A DNA stretch of 64,000 nucleotides from Lingula anatina (taxonomy: Eukaryota; Animalia; Brachiopoda), in the NCBI GenBank assembly GCA_051362555.1, contig CM120640.1, positions 24,538,225-24,602,224 of the forward strand. The letters are read 5' to 3'. Of the stretch, positions 14,079 to 27,900 are shown piece by piece. How positions within the stretch are numbered: the stretch's first letter is position 1; the number at the start of each line of letters is the position of its first letter. The translations under genes were made by a program, and so were the position numbers. The notes beneath the pieces are model-generated. The model saw only the letters and a list, made by a program, of their open reading frames with translations, made no database searches and was not told the origin of the DNA.

Positions 14079-14724
14079 AAAAAATCTAGTGTATAACTTT
14101 CCATTGGGGTTACGTTGTTTGTTTGTTTGTTTGTTTGTATGTATATATGTTTTTACATACATATTGTGTTTGTTAGAGTCACACTTTACCAGCAGTTGCG
14201 CTCGAACAGTTACATAATACCGGGAGGAGTTGATAATATGATATAGTATTGGTTTTTACACCGATAACCCTCGATGAAAGACGTTCGTTCGTTTCGTCAA
14301 TAAACTTACTTGATAATGAATGGATAGAAGTAGTAGTGGTATAGACATGAAAGAAGCGTATGAGGAGAATGGTGGGACGATATACCCTGGCTTAATTTGA
14401 CAGTCTTAACTAGTATTGACATAAGTATTTCTATCTCTATCACCAAAACATAAAATGGCGACTCGTTTTGAGTAGAAGTTTGTAAAATAAATACTTTTTT
14501 ACTCTTTTAATTTCTAAATTGCTTCTGTATTCTGTTCTTCATATAAAGTCTTGTTTTTAAAGTGTTGAGAAATATAAATATCAATTCTGGTTAGAATGAA
14601 ATTCTGAATTAACGAAATAATTACATTTCTCAAAATTCTCTTATTGGAACGGTTATTCTTCATGCAAAATTCAAAGTTTCCCCTTTAACATGGTCTGCTT
14701 TATGGTGGGGAAGCCTGGAGACTT

Positions 14725-17700
14725 TTAACAAGCACTGGGCGAGGCGGCGAAGACCTTGGAGTCAGTGTCGTAGATCGTAGCGTCACTGGTACAGAAGTAC
14801 GAGCTGAAAAGAAAAAGGATAAAAGACTCCGATTAAGATCACGTGCTCATCATTAACTCTTCCATTCTATGCCACGTTCAATAGGTGCAGACCTTACAGC
14901 GAAGAGCCATTAGATGATGATAAAATGTGGGGAAAAGAAATTGCGAGTTCACTTCCATATAAACGTCAGTATGTATAACTTGTTCCACTGACAACACGAT
15001 CGAATTCCAAGATTAATATCAATGCAGTAAGTGTTTAAATCTACAGAGTCTCAACCCAAAGTGTATTAAAAAGTGCTGGTCGATCCTGGTGGATATCAAT
15101 CGATTCCTAGAGTATCAATCTATCCAGAAACTGTATTTAAATAATTAAAATGTCACGGAGAAATTAGGCAGCACATATTGACAAGGCGTAGCAATCAGTT
15201 ACGGTTTTGCCCAGTACATAATATTTGCAGTGATCTATAGCCAATTTAAACCTGATATAATCGAATTTCGGCTTATAAATGACATTTTCCCTTTTCTAAG
15301 TTCCCTAAAATCTATAATTCCTGCATCCCTGGGAAGCTATTTTGTGACGTTTTGATTAAAAGTAGTCCAAGGGTACAAGACGGGATCTCTGATTAATAGA
15401 AAGTGTTTTGGATTAAGGTAAATGTAGCATATTTAATTTCTTTCATCGATTCGTCATTAAATGACATCGCATGGTTTCAAACAAGGAATTTTAGTTATGT
15501 ATTTCTTTCATGAAATTTTATCCGATATCACCCCCAAACCAATATCGCCAGTGCACCGGAAGCGCAAGCAGATTAATAAAATACTTAACATTTGGTTGAC
15601 AGCCTTCAAGATTCTTTACCGGGGCTACGTACTTCCTTCGTAGCACGCAGCTGTGAATGGCCTTATGAAACCAAGTTAAATGGGTAATAAATTCATAGCA
15701 AACAATTTGAAAAGAGAGATGAGCATAACGGACAGCCTTGTATGTCGAAGACTCAATTGTTTCCATGGTTTTTAGATGGAATATAAACTTACGTGTAGTT
15801 TCCCTCCCCACTGGTGACGATGGCCCTTCCCACTTTCCAATTGTCTGTATAGACCCAGGCAAAGAGACTCTGGTATTTCTCAAATTCAACAGTAAGCGAC
15901 TTGACAGTGCCAAGTGGACTAGTAGTGCGAATCAGTTTGGTCAGATGATCGCCAGGCGCAATAGATGTAGACTCCTCCCTGAAACAACAGTCTTAAAGGT
16001 TGCGAAAATATTTCCGTTGACATGACATGAGCTCTTTTTGACAGAACGCTGTATAACATAATAAAAATAATCGATACAAGCCTAGGGATAGGGCAGTTGT
16101 CCTGAATCACCCACATTCATCTTTATTACGATATCTAGAAAGTGCAACTGCCTACTACAGTTTGATATAAGGAATGAAGGAATAAATAAATAAATAAGAT
16201 ATGATTTCATTTATTTATCTTTAAATAAGATTATTTTTTCAGGGGCAAAGACATTTAACTCGTCTTATTTCAGTAAAAATCTTCTTTAAACAAAATAAAG
16301 AAATTAAAAATTCCGAAGAGAACAAATCAAGAACTTACGGTGTGAGTTGGAACGTGTCGACCTGGCCCCTGTCACCAGTGAAGCTAACGCTGACTTTGCC
16401 CCTAGCGGTCTTCTGGAGGTTCGAGCTGGTGATATTCAGAAGGTAGTGATAATCTGGAAGAAGACATCTCCGCGTTAATGAAGACTACAGTATGAAAATG
16501 ATAAATCATTAAGTAAAACTAAAAATAGTGCATATCATAAAATCAGATATGGTTCTCTGTTCATGGAACAACTGATGTTTTCTTAACTAGTCGCCAAGGA
16601 ATTAAACATGATGATGATGATGATGGGACTACATTTTACTTTCAGTAACAAGATATTTTTGAATATTCTTGGATATTCCCAATCAAACAAGATGTTTTGT
16701 GAGACTAAGCGAAATATTAAGCGCAACTATTACACTACATGTACGAAATGTTGTTTTTAGGAATATCAAAACATAATATCTCCAACGTACGTATGACTAT
16801 TTAAACTCCTTAACTTTTTTTAACTTAGAAGACTCCAGACTACTTTTTACTAAAAGACAAAATATTGATAAATATTCTTAGTAGTTTCCAACATTTTCTA
16901 GTAGCAATCTGTCAGGTTACTTAGTCTGAAATATCTTAGTTCAAAGTAATCAATTTGTCAACTTTAAACCTCATGACAAAGGAATCGAAATTATCAACTC
17001 TCGGTGTTTCATTGCCGTTGCTTTAAGGACTCCCTTGGATATTAAACCCACTGACGTCATCATGTCACCCTGTCACCTCGAGTTGAAATACACCAGAAAT
17101 AGGCACGAGGTACCCTAACAGTATGAGACAATATTGGCAGCGTTTAGTGTGGGCAACTAACGGCGTCTTTATCAAAGTCACGACTAATCAATACTTATGA
17201 CACTCACTGCAAAAAGGAGCGGCGTCTTGTGTCATAAGATACATAGACCCGCGACCAGTCCCCTTATCGGCGTGATATCCCATTCTCACGCAGTCGCCAT
17301 CTTGGCATGACTTCAGGCATGAGCCAGTCTGGAATGTCTCGTAATCTTTGCATGGGTAAGCAGTAAATGGACACCTTGAATTGATGGATTCCGTGAAAAA
17401 CTCGATGGCACGAGTATGGCTACAGCCTATGGCGGCCTCAACACCTGGAATCACACAAAAATGTCTTTTGCAATATGATAGTTTAGTTTCATCTGTTTTC
17501 AGGTATACTTATGACAGAACCAAATGTAGGCCTACTTCAGATGCAATATTTCACCTAAATGCGCCCGTTTCAATTGCCTGGGAAAGAACGATATTATTTC
17601 TGTAAGGACTATCTAACTCTGCTTGCAATATCACACAGATTCAGTATATAAAAATATGCTGCAATATATCAAGCTGCGCTTTGTGGTAATAGTATTACCT

Positions 17701-20544
17701 TTAATTAACACACACGTGCACACGCACGCGCACGCACGCACACACACACCTCAAATAACTTTAATTATGTGTCCATGCATACAGAAAACTTTAACCTTAA
17801 ATTCTTCTTAGGATAAATTTTGATTAAACACTGTAAACAGGCCATTACCATACTTATCCAAAAGGGCAGCGTTCCAAATTGTTCCACCTAGTTTGCTCCA
17901 AAAGCTATTGTCACACCCGGGTTGATCTGCTCCACTGTTTGGGTAAAAATCCACGTGGCCAACCGCTTGGTCTAACCCAAGACCCAGGGAGAGGATGCTG
18001 GAGCCGTCGGAATGAATGACATCAACGAAATCAGCATCGGTTGGATCCAGTCTCACCACGATGTCAGTGTTCTCGAAGTAAGGTTCCGCCGGATCCAGTG
18101 CTTGAGGAATATGTTGAAATTATTAAATGAAGTTAAGCTTATTTCTCTACCTTTCCCTATGTTTAGTCTTATAAAATATCAATTTTAAACACAACATAAG
18201 TTCAAATTGGTGAACAACTTTGGCGGTGATGGCTAAGAAAAAAAAAAAAGAGATCCAAACGTTAAAATGCCCATGTCTCTTCGCAATCCCGTCTTTATCG
18301 AAAGGAGTTGAAGAGCTTATATCCTTAACTCTCATGTTGTCCCTAAAGAGATCACAATAAAAAACAATCAAACGTTCACAAGAGATGATAAATAAGATAC
18401 AACTGCATTACCACTGACCCGTTATGCGTCCCATGTTGGAGATCCTTTCCCCAGCGTAGCCGCCAATGTGAGCTCCCAAGCTGTGGCCAATGATGTGCAT
18501 GTCTGTGCTAGCTGCTCCAGTCTCAGTCATTAGGTATTTTATCATCTGTGCGATTTGGGCACCAACAACTCTCGTGTTAGCTGTAGCTTGGGTGTAGGGC
18601 AATTTTGCTCCACCGCTCCAATCTACGGCAATTACGTTGAAATCGCCCTAAAGTTGAAAAGATAAAAGTTGTTTGAAAAAAAAAATGAATAAATGAGACG
18701 CCTATTGTTCCTCTGGTTATCATTGCCTTTTGTCAAAAACGAAATAAGACAAATTGATGTAGGACATATAAGTATATGCCATGAGGGTACATATAGCACC
18801 GTGACGCCAGATGCTGATAGAAGTTACAAAAATCAGACCAAGACCACTGTGAGACGACCAAATATCCGGAATATATGGCACCAATTTGTCAGTTAAGGGT
18901 AAACGAAACAAGTACATGATGTGTTTACGCAAAGTTGATTCTGACATACTCACAGCTTTCAGCAATTCCGTGATCATGTTCTGAACCCATTGTTCGCGGA
19001 TGTTATGTGTGAAACCGTGGACGATAAATTTCGTTGGTCTCGACCCCACATAGTGAGAGCTGTTGAGCCTCTTGGCGTCGCCGGCGATCAAACGTTCCTC
19101 TAGGTCAGGAGTTTGGTTGTCCCTAGCAAAATCATGCTTGGATTTTTAAACAATCTAACGAACTGAGGACATATCAGTACATCTTTCTGATTGCTGAAAA
19201 ATGTATTGTGTTTAACACATATAACTAACTGAAATGGGTCTACCAATTGCATCATGGTCTTTTAAAGAAATTGACAACAATCCAACTGAATTATCAGCAT
19301 ATCTCTCTGACGAAAAATGTAGTGTTTTAAAATTTATTAAGTAACCTAAATAGGTCACGCAAGTACATTATGTTCTCTTTAACAAATTGAAATCCTGGTG
19401 TATTAAACCTAAAATACTACTTTGTGACGCTTGCTGATGCAATCATTTATATGATTGAAAAGCAAGAAAAGGAGCGTCACCAATGGACATAGTCTTGTTG
19501 AAGAGCACAGCCTTTCGAAGTGTTCTTGTTATTAATATGTTGAAATATTTAGGCAATACTTTCTTCTTTTCGCCATATTAACTTCAGAGTACACGCATAT
19601 TCTTGCATACCTCCTGGGTACAATCTACTTGCCTGGTATACAGGAGGAACTCCGTTCCAATAGCTTCTGGGGTTTCTGGGAGGAGAGTGAGCGGTCTCTG
19701 AAGGCTTCTAAACGGCGAATCGGTACTGAAACACCCAAGTTCCCCATAGCACACTTGGCGGCTGAGCAACCAGCCTGAAAGGTGGTATACATAAGCCGCT
19801 AGGGTAGGCATTGCTCTTTAGTTAAGTTTGGACTTAAATACGGACTTTTAAATGCATTGCGGGTATAAGAAAGTCGTTCCATATGTCCATTTACGTTGTA
19901 CGTCAAACAGGCTTTTGTTAAGATTCTTAGCACGTGGGTAAATTCCTGCGCCTGGGGTACCTTGTGGTAAGGTACAACATTGACCAGTTTTTAAATATTT
20001 ATCAACACTTGACAAATATTTCTCGCACATAATTGATGTGCTGTAAATTTTGTTCTTCTCTGTATAGTGTTCTGGTTACTGTCGGATGATGGTTCATATT
20101 TTTCTTAAACATTAAGGATCTCTATAGCTTTTCAAATGAACATTTTTTTTTTTTTTGCATCAACAGGCCCGTAGGTTCGGAAGACCGCCCTTTTGCCGGG
20201 AAAAGGTACGCTCTCAGTAAAAATTGACCAAGGCAAAAGGCATGCTCTCAGTAAAAATTGATCAAGGTAACACGAATGTTTCACGGTAAAAGGTCCACTT
20301 TTTTCAGAAAAATAACCTCCCCCCCCTCTTTGAAATGGCTGGCTACGGACTTGATCAATCTTAGTCAAATCAAAGGTATCATTCAATTCCCATTTTTGTA
20401 TCGATTTGCATTGAAAACTTCTTTCCAATTTCACGTTGGAGCAAATATACCCGGTACCGAAAAATGGGGCAATCGACTTTATTCCTTCTCCTTACCGTTA
20501 AGCTGATCCACAGATATCACCACCAGGATTAAATACAGCAACAT
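14725..20544 (-). CDS. Secreted pancreatic triacylglycerol lipase-related protein (lipase + PLAT domain), about 485 aa, 9 exons
   Basis: Exons 20544-20496 (signal peptide MLLYLILVVISVDQLNG), 19774-19633 (VCYGELGCF), 19122-18954 (IVHGF), 18647-18419 (VDW, GHSLG nucleophile), 18100-17849 (ALDPAEP, DVIHSD, GHVDFYPN), 17444-17208 (CSHTRA), 16453-16339, 15978-15793, 14803-14725 (PLAT, stop TAA). All phases match. The Ser-Asp-His triad and a full-length lid are present. Intron 2 needs a GC donor. Confidence 0.95.
17709..17749 (+). repeat. (CA)/(CG) alternating purine-pyrimidine microsatellite
   Basis: CACACACGTGCACACGCACGCGCACGCACGCACACACACAC in a lipase intron. Confidence 0.8.
20164..20353. mobile_element. 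MITE in lipase intron 1 with a 5-bp flanking direct repeat
   Basis: Ends CAGGCCCGTAGG ... GGCTACGGACTTG form an imperfect TIR. ATCAA flanks both sides (20159-20163, 20354-20358). There is an internal tandem pair of about 34 bp, AAAAGG..GCTCTCAGTAAAAATTGAnCAAGG. Confidence 0.75.
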
Positions 20545-20885
20545 TACCGCAGGGCTCTTTATAATACACTGGGAATGAACAAGATAGGATATATGTATAT
20601 ACCATATCAGCTACATGGTGCATCTTAATACTCCCTTTAAAAGATGACCCCGTGAGAGTGGAAGCAAATGTTCGTTTAAGGTGACCAGGTGGTGGGAATT
20701 CTTGTAACGCGCTGCATAAGTGCAGCATCTGAAAAAACGGTCCCGATGGCAATGTGGGTTGGTTAGAAGCGAAATCTAGAAAATAGGTTAAAATGAACTA
20801 ACAATTTTCTTATCAGATACAAGATATAAAAGTGTTCTATACGTGCCATACGTTCTACGTGCGCTCATCTTGGAAAGCTTCTTAT

Positions 20886-20904
20886 CCCCCCCCCCCCCCC
20901 CCCC
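20886..20904 (+). repeat. Poly-C tract upstream of the lipase gene
   Basis: Run of about 19 C. Confidence 0.85.
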
Positions 20905-21362
20905 ACATTCAGACATTTAAAAAAAATCCTCAAAAGTACTTGACGTCAATATTCCTTGTGAAGTGTACAGGAAGCTATGGGGTCTAAATGTTTTGGTCGT
21001 CATTTAGAACAGAACTATTTAATTAGAAATGGTAGTAACATCCTTTTCCTTGAGGAAGATTTGCTTTGGCGCGAAATTCCCCTTTAAGTAATGTTTCAGC
21101 CGATTATGAGGTGAAAGTTGCCCTTTTTTCTTCAATTTGGCACAAAAATCACTTTTAAAGAACGTTTCAGCTGATTTAGGGGACAGAGAGCACGCCAGCG
21201 AGGAAGTACCCGTGGGGAGAAAGAAATGAACAAAATGAGAAATGAACAAAAAGAAAGACAAAATTCTTTATCATACTTCATCCATAACCTATTATGCCAA
21301 CATTTTACATAAAATATCTTATTTCTCATTTTCTTTAATAAATATAATTGGGTAACATTCGT

Positions 21363-21419
21363 AAAAAAAAAAAAATAATAATAATAAATAAATAAATAAT
21401 TAAATAAATAAATAAAAAA
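21363..21419 (+). repeat. A-rich / (AAAT)n simple repeat
   Basis: Poly-A followed by TAA and TAAA units. Confidence 0.8.
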
Positions 21420-21943
21420 GAGACTAGTATCTGAGACTTCATGCTTCTTACACTACTTTACAAGGCTCCATGAAAAGAGATAATCACTAATAAATTATGT
21501 CACAGAAGAATTCTCGTCTGATTAAATGTATTTTACATTTTTCTAAATAAGTTATATTGTATGAAAAATAGGATCTCATGATGTGGAAGCTACTCAGCAC
21601 ATTTTATGATTAAATACTCATTTTGAACATCATGTAATTTTCTTCATAATTCCAAGCGTTCTATAACATTCCCAAAAAGAAGAAAAACCTGATGTTCTTT
21701 TTTTGAAACTCCTGTCTCATAAAGTTATCATTTTTGTAAAAAAATCCAATAAATTAATAACCTTGAGTCAAGAAAAAAGAGTTTGAAAGTGAATTCATAC
21801 TTATTCTACAGTCACGAGGTAATGAACTGTCGATGTTTTTTTCTTTTGTAAAATAAGCAGTGAGAATGTGTAATTTCCTTAATTTGAATTCTCCAATAAA
21901 TATGTTCATCGATTCAAATTTCATATTGTAACCATTCCATATG

Positions 21944-24900
21944 TCAGTTCTCCTCTCCTCTAAGCGGTCCCGATGGAAAATACAACTTCGTCAGTTGTCT
22001 TCGTCTCACCTCTTGACCACAGACAGGACATTGCTTGGCTGACTGAAAGATACAATGTGGCATTCTGAATTCAATGATTATTCCACAAGGTATTTTTGAC
22101 AAACCTCATTTCATTACCAAACAGTATTCAAACATCCTTTTTACTAAAAAAATTCATTTGGGTAGATAGAACCCAGTAAATGCAAGTGGACGACTTGGAA
22201 AAAAGCTCAAACTCATATCAAAAACAGCAATATCAGATACTTGAATTACACACACACACACACAGAGAACATTACCTGTAATGTCATTTTCCAACATTTG
22301 AAGCAAGCATAGTGATCACATGGGGACTTTAGTGGGATCTTGCTCTCCTTTTTGCACACTGCACATAAGTACCCTGATTAAAAATATAAAAGGGTTTTAT
22401 TAAATGAAATGAAAAAAAAAAAAAAACACTGCTTTTATAACATCTGAACTGGTATTCTTAATTTGGTCAATAGTATCAAATAATTATTTATTCAAACACT
22501 ATTCGAGTAAGCATTTAGCTTAACAGTTTACAAAGAGCATACCATCTGTATTTTAACTTTTTTCCTGCATGAGTATGAGTAACCTTTTATAACCTTATAG
22601 AAAAAGTTATCTTCACACCTGAATTAGGAGGAGGATCATAGGACGTTAGGCTTTTCACTCGATCCAACTCTTCCTGAGAAATCTTTGGACAAAGCTCTTT
22701 TTGTTCATTTTTATCTTGTTCTTCATTTTCATAGTGTTTACTTCTTTCATCTTGGTTGCTTGCTAAAACATTCACATTTTCCTCTGATTTAGGATCTGCC
22801 AGGTTAGTTTTTACACAGCCATTCAATAAATCTGTTTCTTTATCGACTGAAGCCTTTACTGTTGTTAATTTTAAGGAGTTTATGTCCTTTACAGCTGTCA
22901 AGGCTTTCACACTTAAATTTGATGTAGAGTTCAGGTGATGTAGATTCCCTTCAGATGCAGTCCCAGTTTTACTTGTGGACTTCTAAAAAAAAGCATAATC
23001 AATATAATTTACAATTATAGCCACCAACAATGACCACAATCTAACTGAAAGTTGGAAAAATAAATTCTAAAAATAAGTTGTTTTTTATTATTCTAAATAT
23101 TTCATCATAAAAATACCCCATAAACAAAACTTACAGTGTCCAGAACAGGACCCTTTGAAGAACCATCCTCTAATTTTCTACGTTTATCAGCATTGATTTC
23201 TAAAATTAGAAAAAAAGGAAATAACATTATTAAAACATCTTAAATGGTCTTTATTCAAAACCTTATTTCAGGGACACTCAAATATCATTTTACTCAAATA
23301 TTTTACTCAAATAGACCCTGCTGTTTACTGTGAGAGTGTGCATCAATAAATCAGTACAAATGCACTGTGGAAATATCCATTGTCATTACCAAATTCCTCC
23401 TGCACTCTTTTTCTTGGACCAGTCTCAGGGTGGCTGAGGCACCCCTGTCCAGTCAGGTCCCGACACACCTGGTCAAACTGGTATTTGTCATCACTTCGGA
23501 CAAAGCGATATAACCCTACAACAATGACTGAATATTGAATGACAATCTAGGCTAACAAATCAAACATACCTAACAAAGTAAACAAAATTGCAACTGTCTG
23601 CTTTATAATCCATGCAAAAGGTAAATTTACAATCTGAAATATTGAGCAGCAGTTGCGCTATAGCTGAGAACTTCTGCAGCAGATTCAATCTGAGGATATC
23701 AATATTACTGTCCTGATTTCAAAGACACCAGGACTTATGCAACGTTCAGTAATCCTCTGCTGAGAAGAGGTTTATCTGGCATTAGAGCTACAGAAAAAGA
23801 CAAAATCCACCACCATTTGGTGTATATTATATATAATGTATTTCAGACCACTATCCTTAACTGAATACAGCGTTTTGATTGATGTACTCCAGCTGTCCAA
23901 CAACAAAAACATAACATCAGTAGAAAATTGCTGAGTGCTGACTTACTCCGCAACAGCTCATGATTTTTGGGTTCATCGGTGAATATTTCTGCCATGTTTG
24001 CAATCATGGAGGTAAAATTCCCATCTTTCTGATACTTGAACAGGGTTGAAGAAAACAACTTGTATGAAGCTTGGCTAAGTGCTTGTTTTACCTGCAACAT
24101 CAACAGAATTCATTCAGCCACCATGAGCATATGCATATTTGATTATTGTACAATGAGCAAACAAACAGTCATTATCACTTCAATGAAAAAGCCACAAAAC
24201 CCTGTTTTTGAAATAAATTTTATATTTCAATTAGTCTCTGGGAAAATTGTCAATAATAAAAATAATAACAATCATCATAATAACATTTCTTCTGACATAC
24301 AATTGTTGCCAAAAATGAGTACATATCTTTATAATTCTTATATTAAATTTAATTTTTAATTGAATGATCAATTCTACCTTAAATTACATTCCAACATAGA
24401 AACAGCAGGTAGTCTTAAAGATATCTGTGGCACTATGAAAATATAAGCCCTTCTTTTAATTTGATCCATACCTTCCCACAACTTACTTGCATTAAATAAA
24501 CCTTAGCAGCTGGCAGATTTTTCTTTTCATCTTTAGTTAATTCACATTCTGAGGACATACCACCATCAAATTTTGGTCGGTCCTGAAAAATGTAAGATGC
24601 ATTACAATACATGCCACAGGTGCGTGTGCGTGCGTGTGTAGTGCATTGTCAAAACATAACAGGTTGAAATGTAGCAAGTGCTTGTGTAAAGTAGTACAAT
24701 ATAAAGCTAATCTACGTGAAAATATAGCACAGTTTCCTGTAATATACCTTCAAAATTATTTTCTTTCTTTGTACTTTTGAGCTGGTGACTTTATCCTGCA
24801 TCTTATCCACGGAGATACTGTTTTGTGACAAATCAAAACCTTCATCTTCAACTTTTCTCTGAAAGTAACAAAAGCAATGAGTTATGCTTGCCACATAATG

Positions 24901-27900
24901 CATGATAAATTATACAGGCAGCCAATAACAAAATATATGTGAATTAAAGTAAATATCAAATATAAACAATATTAGTTGCTTAAGAAAAACGTACCTCTTC
25001 CATGCTAAGAGCCCCCAACAAACCCCCACCTGCTGAAGGTCGTCTGGAGGAAGTGCTGGACTCACTGCATTCATATTGGATTTTCAATTTAGCAAGAGAA
25101 GATTCATCTTCTGAAAACAAAAAAACAGAGAAGCACATAATAAGTATATACCAATAGTTTATCTGAAGTATTAATAACAAATTTTATCTGCTTATTCCAT
25201 TTTTCAAACAAAAAACAACTCAATCATTAACTTTTTAGGACATGTGACGGAGCATATTATTTTGGTGTCAAGCAAGTCTTTCTACATTTGGGCAGAAGGT
25301 TTGAACATGCATGAAGCACCAAAACTGATTCCTCTTCACCCTCACCTTTCTCCTTTAATCCAGGCACATGTGCTACCACACTGCTGGCCTGGGACACTTG
25401 CTGCTTGGAACCAATACTTCTGTTGCTAGGCATGAAGGAGGCTCCTTGGCAACCCAGTTGGCTGGATTCTGCTTTCCTTGTCTTTAATCTAGGCGCTGGC
25501 ATCTAAAATAGCAATAAAATAGAATTTAAAATTAAGAGACTGACTCTCACCAGGAAAATGTTGTGGAAAATAGAACTGACTAATTTTTACCAGGACTGAC
25601 AGAATATCAAACCTACCAGATACAGATGTCTAAAATTATAAGCTAATCTTTTTAAATATTCACAGACATTGAGGGCAATGTGCTCTCCATTTTATGTGGA
25701 GTAAAGACAGATGTTGCTTTCAGTGTCTTTTATGTGCCACTGACCATCCACACAGTGGTTTACCATTTTTTCTGCATTCTTGAAGAAGAACATGGCATCT
25801 TTCATGGCCTGACCAAAGTTTTCATACACTTTAGTGTGTGAACGCACCCAGGATGGGAGTTGAGATATAGCTGCAGGAGATTTGAATCTGGAAAGAAAAA
25901 AAAAACAATTTTTTGAAATAAAAAAATTGTTATACATATTTGCCAGACTAAAAAGGAAACGATATTATTTTTTCTTTTGATAAATACATACAACAGATTT
26001 CTCTCTAGAATTACCTGTTATCACACAGCAGAATAGCACCATAGTCCTGTTTGTGTCTGATCACTCTGCCAATGGCTTGATTTACTGCACGGGATGCCTG
26101 TTGTTTGTACCATTCTCTTCCAGTCAAGCCCTTAGACAACAAATTGCAAGTAAATAATAATAAAAACTTGCACATAATACTGTCTGGAAGAAACGCAAAA
26201 CATCTTACCTTTATATTCTTAATTTGTACAGTATAATTAACTCTTATATCCTTCTATTTATCTCTGCTCTTAAATATCACCATTTTATTTTTACATTCTT
26301 TCACAGTTAAAAAGAACATGGATGCTACCGTTTTGAGATTATCAATCAAATTTTGTTAAAAAATCTCTACATCCTAAATTACCTGCAAGGATTTGTAGAT
26401 AGTTATCATGAAACATATCCCCATATACTGATGAAATTTATATCTCCTTCTTTCACGACAACCTACCAAGTGCTGTAAACCAGAATTTTACTATCAGTAC
26501 CTTAATCTGTTGTTTTCCTTGCATCTCATCCAGGAACTTCATCTTCAGCACCACTTTAGCATCCATATATGGTGGATAGGGCAGCCCTGTGATCACCACT
26601 GCCCTGCCATTGATATCAGCAAAATCCAGTCCTTCACTGACCTGGGTGAGACGAACCAAATGTGTTATCTCAACAACCACATTTGGCAGAAAGGCTTCCA
26701 TTCAGTGATAAGCAGGTCATTTATATGAAATGATTTTAAATAGATTTTCTGCTTGTACACACTATTATGTATATGAAATCCCACCTTTCCTCTACAAACA
26801 GCAGCAAACACAGCACCATTGAGCTTGGGATCATTGATCTTCTCATAAAACTCTTCCATTGTCTGTACAAAAAAGAATACACATAAAATTAGGAAATAAC
26901 ACAGACATATATATCAATTTCTGCACTCGAAATAATTCAAATTTATTAATATAATTAATAATTAAGAGCAAGTTTAATAAAAATACTAATTACAATAATA
27001 AGATAACAAATAAGTAAAATGTTCAGTAAATGGATGAAGAAAAACAGGTTCCACTTTTAACTTAATCAAAATATTTTTATTCTTACTGAACACTTATCTA
27101 CCTGATGAAATTCTATTTTTCCTCTTGGCTCCACAAATATCTGTTTGTATTGCACTATTCTATCCCAAATTCTGTTTGCCTAAAAGTGAAAAAATACATT
27201 AAAAATTAACTTAAAATATTAATTTTAATTTATATAACATTAAAAAAATAATAAACAAAATTGTAATCATTTCATCACAGCAAAAAAAGTTCACTAGAAT
27301 AAATGATGCTAAATGCACAGGTTCAATATATCCAAATATGTGTCCAGTCCACAGCATTTGTCTCTGATCAACTTTTCCTCATAAAATTTGTCCAGCACAA
27401 ATGCCTACATGCATTGCAAATGTTTATTTTCTTCATTCTTATGATGTAGTTGTTGGGATGTGGAAAGATGTTAAAGTGTAAAAATATTACACAAGGCAAC
27501 CAACCTGCCAGTACTCCAGACACTTGTTCATCACAGGGTATGACGGGAAAAACAGCAAAAGTCCATTTGGTACAATCCGAGCAAAATTCACTGAAATAAT
27601 AACACATTTTACTTTTTATTAACTAAACAGCCACTTGAAAGATAATGCGACAAGGAACATAATAGAATATAATGTTACATGATATAAAAATCCATAACAA
27701 GAACGTAAGTGAATCAAGGATGATTAGATAAATTTTATTTGCCATTAGCATATCATAATACATACCCACAGCATTCCCAAGAGAGGCCTGGTAATCTGCA
27801 TTGTATCTGAAACATCACACATACATATATACATATATTAGATCAATGCAAGCAATTAAATCTGCAACTATTCATAATAAAATGCTTAAAATGTCAAATT

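Noticed and set aside
15518-16025. 131-aa (-) and 95-aa (+) ORFs
   Set aside because: Off-frame or antisense shadows of lipase exon 15978-15793.
20558-20563. TATAAA upstream of the lipase ATG
   Set aside because: Only 14 nt from the ATG, too close to serve as the TATA box for this start.
20738-21976. Shared 12-mer CGGTCCCGATGG at about 20738 and 21965
   Set aside because: Similarity does not extend and one copy is RTEL1 coding sequence; probably chance.
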